A stretch of 64,000 bases of DNA, taken from assembly GCF_009914755.1 (NCBI RefSeq), contig NC_060931.1; one strand, written 5' to 3'. A model generated the notes under the pieces. It saw nothing but the letters and a program-made list of their open reading frames with translations. It searched no databases and was not told where the DNA came from. The position numbers and the translations under genes were made by a program. This document shows, piece by piece, positions 52,908 through 64,000 of this stretch. The stretch comes from the human T2T-CHM13v2.0 reference genome, Homo sapiens. The first letter of the stretch is position 1, and each line of letters starts with the position of its first letter.

Positions 52908-53309
52908 TTGTGAACTAAATTGTGTCCTCCCTCCCCCAACAAATTCATATGTTGAAGTCCTAATCCCCAATATGATGCTATTGGTATTCAGAGATGGAAT
53001 CTGTGAGAGATAATTAGGTTTAGATGAGGTAATGAGGATGGGGTCTGCATGATGGGATTAGTGCCCTTATAAGAAGAGGCAAAGAGACCAGAGCTCTCTC
53101 TCCACCATGCAAGGGCAAGGCTAGAAGGCTAGAAGATGGCTAGAAGGCAGCCATCTGAAATCCAGAAAGAGAGCCCTCACCAGGAACTGAATCAGTTGGC
53201 ACCTTGATCTTGGACTTCCCAGCCTCCAAAGCTATGATAAACAAATGTCTGTTGTTTAAGCCACCCAGTCTATGGTATTTTGTTATAGCAGTCCACACAG
53301 ACTAATATA
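52908..53309 (+). mobile_element. MLT1A/B MaLR solo LTR
   Basis: aaattcatatgttgaagtcctaa, ggcaccttgatcttggacttcccagcctcc, gtctatggtattttgttatagcag. Confidence 0.9.
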
Positions 53310-54634
53310 CTTTAGTTTTACAACTTCTGTGACTTTGGAAATTTTATACCCTTAAAGAGAGATACTACAAAATTATACATCAAAAATGCTTTAATCAATA
53401 TATTCTCTGTTGCAAGATGCAAAAGTTCCTATTTCCCTTTGCCAATTGCAGTAGTGCTTTTTGTTGTTATTGCTAAAAAATGAAAATGGAAGACTCTGTA
53501 TTCACAACTGGATCAGAGAGCAGTGTCAAGTTGATAGAAGGTGACCAGAAATTAAATTGAGCTAGAAAAAATTTAAAGCATGCATTCTCTCTTCATTAGG
53601 AATCCCCTAAATCCCTGGAAAGCAGATCCCATACGCTGCAATAACATGTAATAGGGATGCAAGTTATTTTATTTGGACATTAAAGGAGAAGGCAAGCTCA
53701 TAAACTAAGGACTCTAGGACAATTTAGCAGGAACTGTTTGTCTGAATTTCCATGAGGGTTGTATTTCCCTTGGAGAAGCCATGAAAACAAGCGAGTTTTA
53801 CTCTGAAACAAATTAAGCTGACGTTCAGGGCTCTAAATTTACATAGACATCTTCAAGGCTCTGAGAGGGGTCCTTTCAATGTATTCATACAGTCAAATGT
53901 TTCCGTAAAATTTGTAACTGTGTATTATTTTAACTGAATTTACTTATAGCTGCTTTCTCTTTCTACTCTGACTAATCTTCGAGCTTTAGCTCCCCTAGTA
54001 TCATGTGGCACCAAGGTGGTCATGGGCACTTTTAGTATCCAACTGGGAGAAGCTGAGTTGATAGTACATTTAGTTTGTCTATGGTGAGACATGTTTACGT
54101 GGGTCATAATCACTCTATGCATGGGGAGGTTGTTATTTCAAGCAGTGCTCCTACCCTGCCCCCTTACCTGGCATCATGTGACGGAAATGTGGAGTTAGGT
54201 TTTGTCGGGAAAATATTGTGCTATACAACATCAAGAGTACATGGGTAGGGAGGAGAAACAAGGTTTGAAGCAGATGAGTCAAAAACTAATCTATGAAAAA
54301 TTACTTCAATGATCATATACGGAAAATTGTAAAGAGATTCTCCCTGACACCTAGTAAGAATGGAAGCTCTGTCCTATTAGGAATATATACAGTAACGTAG
54401 CATCAAAACATAAGATTTTTTTGATAGAAATTTCATGAAATACAATTGATCAAAATTCATTTGTTTGTAAGAAACCAACCGGAGCAACCCTACAAAAAGT
54501 GAATACACCTGTGTGGGAGGTTACATATCTAGGCATCTTGACTATCAATAATCTAAAAGACAAACTTTAAATAACCTTTCAATGGAAAAATTGAATTATA
54601 TTTCTATTATCTGATAAAAATGTCACAGAGTCAC

Positions 54635-55430
54635 TGTGATGTGGAAAATGCTCAAACCAGTTTTTCCTCTGCTCTCACACCACAGCAACAAAAATCATCA
54701 ACAGTGAAGATGACTTCAATGACAAAACGTAGGGGAGGGTGTTCTCCCCACCAGCAAGTGGCAGGGAACACCATCTACGGTGAACACCAACTAGGTGTCC
54801 TCCAGTTCAATTCTCACCCTGTCTAACTGGAGGTAGTGTCAGATCCCACAGGTTGGGGGTTCAGTCCCCAAGACTCCCTCCTACCCCTTGAGACCCTTGG
54901 CCTCTGGAACTTCTGACAGACTGGCTTCAAGTTGGGATTCCCATGACCCCCACTTTGGGTTTGGTTAATTTGCTGGAAAAGCTCACAAAACTCAGGAAAA
55001 CGGACATTTACGAGTTTATTATAAAGGATGTTACAAAGATACAGATGAAGAGATGCATAGGGGGATGGGGACATGGAGCTTCCATGCCCACTCCCAGATG
55101 TGCCACCCTCCATGAATCTCCACGTGTGCAGCTATCCAGAAGCTCTCCAAACCTTTTCCTCTTGGTTTTCTATAGAAGCTTCATTACGTAGGCATGATTG
55201 ATTAAACCACTTACCATTGGTGATCAACTTGATCTGCAGCCCCTCTCCCCTCCCTGGAGGTTAGGGGTGTGGCTGAAAGTCCCAACCCTCTAATCCTGCC
55301 TTTGTAACCAGCCCCACCCTGAAGCTGTCAACATTTGCATATAAGACAACACTTTGGAGATTCTAAGGATTTTAGGAATTTTATGCAAGGAAATGAGGTC
55401 GAAGACCAAACATACATTTTATAATATCAT
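54635..55430 (-). mobile_element. MER21-family LTR
   Basis: gtgtcagatcccacaggttg, ctggcttcaagttggg, gctgaaagtcccaaccctctaatc, gtcgaagaccaaa; flanking tcac repeat. Confidence 0.85.
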
Positions 55431-56122
55431 TCACTGTCATAAGACAAGGTGACCAAAAAATGTTGAAACATTGTAGCTAAATGTTGAGATTAGTATTATT
55501 TTGGGCTTTTTGCTCTGTTGTCGCTTTAGTGTTTGTCAGCTTTAAAAATTGTATTTTGTTGTGATTTCTTTTTCTCATTCTAAATATTCATGTTTGTGTC
55601 TAATTTTGTGCTGCTTTTCTTAAAGAAAATGCTTTAAATTGTATAAAATTCAGACCCTACAAAGTCTAGGTCTACAAAGTCTGTCCCTGACTAAGAGACA
55701 AAAACCCGAGTGAAGAGTTACCTTCATTTCTCCTATTACGATTGGAGCCTGTTTCCTATTTTATGCCTGGTGGAAATAGCTAATTGATGCCTATTTCTCT
55801 CAAATGTGTAGCTGTTGAAGAAAATGAAATTAATAAATTAAATCAAAAGGAGAGTCTATGGCCCCTGTTTGAATTGGAAACTAATTACTGATCTTGAAAA
55901 AAGAACCACACAAGAGGATATGTGAGTATGTGTATTATTTGGTACAAAGGATAATTTTTAAGAACACAAATCATGCACAGATGTAGTAGGTAAATGCATA
56001 TTTGTGATTATTTGCAGTTCTGTTTTGAAACCAATTAGTTTTAATTTCATATTCAAAATAATGAATGGCAATGTATTTGAAATGCAATTGACCTGTTCCT
56101 ACAGAACATACTGCAAAAATAG

Positions 56123-56477
<355 letters not shown>

Positions 56478-57195
56478 TAACAGATCACTCTTTAGGGCTC
56501 TACAATTAAGTGACTTTTAAGAAATAAAAAATAAGAAGAAACCTACATGTAGTAGCTAGAAAAACTAAATCATTAATCCTATTTTTAATTCTAGAAAGTG
56601 TGGCATTGTCCTTTCCTTGATAAAAATATCTGATTTGCATGAGATAATAGCCTCACACTGGCTTAATAAAATTTAAAACCAGAACAAAAACTATAGTTTA
56701 TTCAGATTATCACCAAGTAGGTACCACCTGTTCAGAATACTACAAAGTTAGAAAAGGCTCTTTCTTTCAATGCCCCAGGGATGAAGCAATGGCCAACTCA
56801 TTCATTCAAGTTACCTCTAGTGTTTTTGTTCACTGCTGCATTCCTGAACAGTACATAGTACACTGTAGGGGCTCAATAAACAGTTCTCACTATGGATAAC
56901 ACCAAAGTACACTCACTATGTGAGTACACTCACTATGTATAAGACTGAGGTACACTACAGTTTATGTGAATGGCACCCATTAGAATTATGCTGTTATCAA
57001 CCTGTGTGGACAAACTTGGTGGTCCTGAAAATTATTTGTTAAATGAATAAATGAAATATGCTGAAAGTCTATGATTTGTCACCCCTGATCCAGATACTAA
57101 TGACAGGAAAAGGAATAAAGCAGTCCTTCAATTTAAGCTAATCCCTAATTAGCCAAGAGAAACTAACAAAATAGAACATAATAAAATGTTACACA

Positions 57196-57716
57196 TGTGT
57201 TTTAGGGTTCTCCAGAGAAACAGAACCAAAGGATATATCCTTTTGAGAGAGAGAGAGGGGAGGAGATTTATTAGAGGAAATGGATCTTATGATTATGAAA
57301 GCTGAAAAGTCCCATGATATGCCATCTGAAAACTAGAGAACCAGGGAACCCAGTAGTAGCGTGGCTCAGCTCATGTCTCAATGCCTGAGAACCTGAGGGG
57401 CTGCTGGTCCAAGTCTTGCATCCAAAGGCTGGAGAAGCTAGAGTTCTGATGTCCAGGGGCAGGAGAAAATGAGTGCCCCAGCTTCAGAAAACTGAGGGCA
57501 AATTCACCTTTCCTCTGCCTTTTTGTTTTATCCAGGTTCTCATAGAACTAAATAGTGACTGCTCACATTGGGTGAGGGTGGATCTTCTTTACTCAGTCCA
57601 GTGATTTAGATGGCAATCTCTTCTGGAAATACCCTCCCAGACATAACCAGATATAATGCTGTATCCGTCATCTGGGAATTCTTTAGTCAAGTTGACACCT
57701 AAAATTAACCATGACA
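57196..57716 (-). mobile_element. MLT2 (ERVL) solo LTR
   Basis: agggttctccagagaaacagaacca ... agtcaagttgacacctaaaattaaccatgaca. Confidence 0.9.
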
Positions 57717-57885
57717 TACCTGCTAATATAGAGATATGAAAAGTTCCATGATCATTATTAAATCTGTCTAAAGAGGTTAAGAAATCTTCCCAGAGGCATT
57801 GAGATTTGAACTGGGTAAAGGATTTTGCTTGGCAAACACAGGAAGGAAAAACATTCTACAAAGAGAGAACAGCTTGATACTTGGG

Positions 57886-58102
57886 TGTATTAGTCCATTT
57901 TCACACTGCTAATAAAGACATACGCAAGACTGGCAATTTACAAGAGAAAGAGGTTTAATAGCCTTACAGTTCCACGTGGCTGGAGAGGCCTCACAATCAT
58001 GGCAGAAGGCAAGGAGGAGAAAGTCACATCTTACATGGATGGCAGCAGGCAAAGAGAGCAAGCTTGTGCAAGGAAACTCCCCTTTTAAAAACTATCAGAT
58101 CT
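57886..58102 (-). mobile_element. THE1B LTR, part left of the L1 insertion
   Basis: tgtattagtccattttcac, catggatggcagcaggcaaagagag, breaks at atcagatct. Confidence 0.92.
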
Positions 58103-59135
58103 GTTTCTGGCTGCCAAGATGGCTGAATAGGAACAGCTCTGGTCTACGGCTCCCAGCGTGAGTGACGCAGAAGACGGGAGATTTCTGCATTTCCATCTGA
58201 GGTACTGGGTTCATCTCACTAGGGAGTGCCAGACAGTGGGCGCAGGACAGTGGGTGCAGCACACTGTGCGTGAGCCGAAGCAGGCGAGGCATCCTCACTC
58301 GGGAAGCACAAGGGGTCAGGGAGTTCCTTTTCCTAGTCAAAGAAAGGGGTGACAGATGGCACCTGGAAAATCGGGTCACTCCCACCCTAATACTGCGCTT
58401 TTCCGACAGGCTTAAAAAACGGCTCACCAGGAGATTATATCCCGCACGTGGCTCGGAGGGTCCTACGCCCACGGAGTCTCACTGATTGCTAGCATAGCAG
58501 ACTGAGATCAAACTGCAAGGCAGCAGCGAGGCTGGGGGAGGGGCGCCCGCCATTGCCCAGGCTTGCTTAGGTAAACAAAGCAGCCGGGAAGCTCGAACTG
58601 GGTGGAGCCCACCACAGCTCAAGGAGGCCTGCCTGCCTCTGTAGGCTCCACCTCTGGGGGCGGGGCACAGACAAACAAAAAGACAGCAGTAACCTCTGCA
58701 GACTTAAATGTCCCTGTCTGACAGCTTTGCAGACAGCAGTGGTTCTCCCAGCACGCAGCTGGAGATCTGAGAACGGGCAGACTGCCTCCTCAAGTGGGTC
58801 CCTGACCCCTGACCCCCGAGCAGCCTAACTGGGAAGCACCCTCCAGTAGGGGCAGACTGACACCTCTCACAGCTGGGTACTCCTCTGCGACAAAACTTCC
58901 AGAGGAACGATCAGACAGCAGCATTCGTGGCTCACGAAAATCCGCTGTTCTACAGCCACTGCTGCTGACACCCAGGCAAACAGGTTCTGGAGTGGACCTC
59001 TAGCAAACTCCAACAGACCTGCAGCTGAGGGTCCTGTCGTTAGAAGGAAAACTAACAAACAGAAAGGACATCCACACCAAAAACCCATCTGTACATCACC
59101 ATCATCAAAGACCAAAAGTAGATAAAACCACAAAG
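58103..59135 (+). promoter_or_regulatory. L1 5'UTR internal promoter (YY1 core near 58115; antisense promoter/ORF0 region)
   Basis: caagatggc motif; CpG-rich; ORF0 ATG on minus strand at 58553. Confidence 0.75.
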
Positions 59136-60152
59136 ATGGGGAAAAAACAGAGCAGAAAAACTGGAAACTCTAAAAAGCAGAGCGCCTCTCCTCCTCCAAA
59201 GGAGCGCAGTTCCTCACCAGCAACAGAACAAAGCTGGATGGAGAATGATTTTGACGAGCTGAGAGAAGAAGGCTTCAGACGATCAAACTACTCCGAGCTG
59301 CAGGAGGAAATTCAAACCAAAGGCAAAGAAGTTAAAAACTTTGAAAAACATTTAGACGAATGTATAACTAGAATAACCAAGACAGAGAAGTGCTTAAAGG
59401 AGCTGATGGAGCTGAAAGCCAAGGCTCGAGAACTACGTGAAGAATGCAGAAGCCTCAGGAGCCGATGCGATCAACTGGAAGAAAGGCTATCAGTGATGGA
59501 AGAAGAAATGAATGAAATAAAGCGAGAAGGGAAGTTTAGAGAAAAAAGAATAAAAAGAAACGAACAAAGCCTCCAAGAAATATAGGACTATGTGAAAAGA
59601 CCAAATCTACGTCTGATTGGTGTACCTGAAAGTGACGGGTAGAATGGAACCAAGTTGGAAAACACTCTGCAGGATATTATCCAGGAGAACTTCCCCAATC
59701 TAGCAAGGCAGGCCAACATTCAGATTCAGGAGATATAGAGAACGCCACAAAGATACTCTTCGAGAAGAGCAACTCCAAGACACATAATTGTCAGATTCAC
59801 CAAAGTTGGAATGAAGGAAAAAATGTTAAGGGCAGCCAGATAGAAAGGTTGGGTTACCCACAAAGGGAAGCCCATCACACTAACAGCGGGTCTCTCGGCA
59901 GAAACTCTACAAGCCAGAAGAGAGTGGGAACCAATATTCAACATTCTTAAAGAAAAGAATTTTCAACCCAGAATTTCATATCCAGCCAAACTAAGCTTCA
60001 TAAATGAAGGAGAAATAAAATACTTTGCAGACAAGCAAATGCTGAGAGATTTTGTCACCACCAGGCCTGCCCTAAAAGAGCTCCTGAAGGAAGCACTAAA
60101 CATGGAAAAGAACAACCAGTACCAGCCACTGCAAAATCATGCCAAATTGTAA
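59136..60152 (+). pseudogene. L1 ORF1p, disrupted
   Basis: 1017 nt from ATG to the canonical TAA (338-codon length); premature TAG at 59583-59585 and further stops. Confidence 0.95.
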
Positions 60153-60200
60153 AGACCATCGAGGCTAGGAAGGAACTGCATCAACTAACGAGCAAAATAA

Positions 60201-64000
<3,800 letters not shown>

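Noticed and set aside
56906-56938. 17-bp tandem duplication agtacactcactatgt(g), and similar small ones near 23535, 53117 and 55657
   Set aside because: Ordinary slippage duplications with no further structure.

Overview
AT-rich, repeat-dense primate genomic DNA, very probably human: it carries an essentially undiverged AluYc-type element. It looks intergenic or deep-intronic. I find no credible host protein-coding exon, CpG-island promoter or intact RNA gene, and nearly all listed ORFs are Alu, LTR or L1 read-through or chance ORFs. The window holds at least 14 Alus, many solo LTRs (THE1, MST, MLT1, MLT2, LTR1, LTR33, MER21), hAT DNA-transposon remnants (MER20, MER5A, MER1, Charlie), MIR, L2 and old L1M fragments. 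From ~58.1 kb to the end lies a 5'-intact but inactivated L1PA3/L1PA4 nested in a THE1B LTR and itself interrupted by a very young Alu. I cannot support a new biological system here. The most notable items are (1) a tailless 5'-half tRNA-Gly(CCC) retrocopy with a perfect 15-bp TSD at ~10.2 kb, (2) an inverted TSD pair at 45.7/46.0 kb that points to an Alu-Alu-mediated micro-inversion, (3) the young AluYc2-like insertion, and (4) a dense AP-1 motif cluster at 36-38.6 kb. Subfamily names come from recalled consensus sequences, not database searches, and boundaries of old repeats are approximate.
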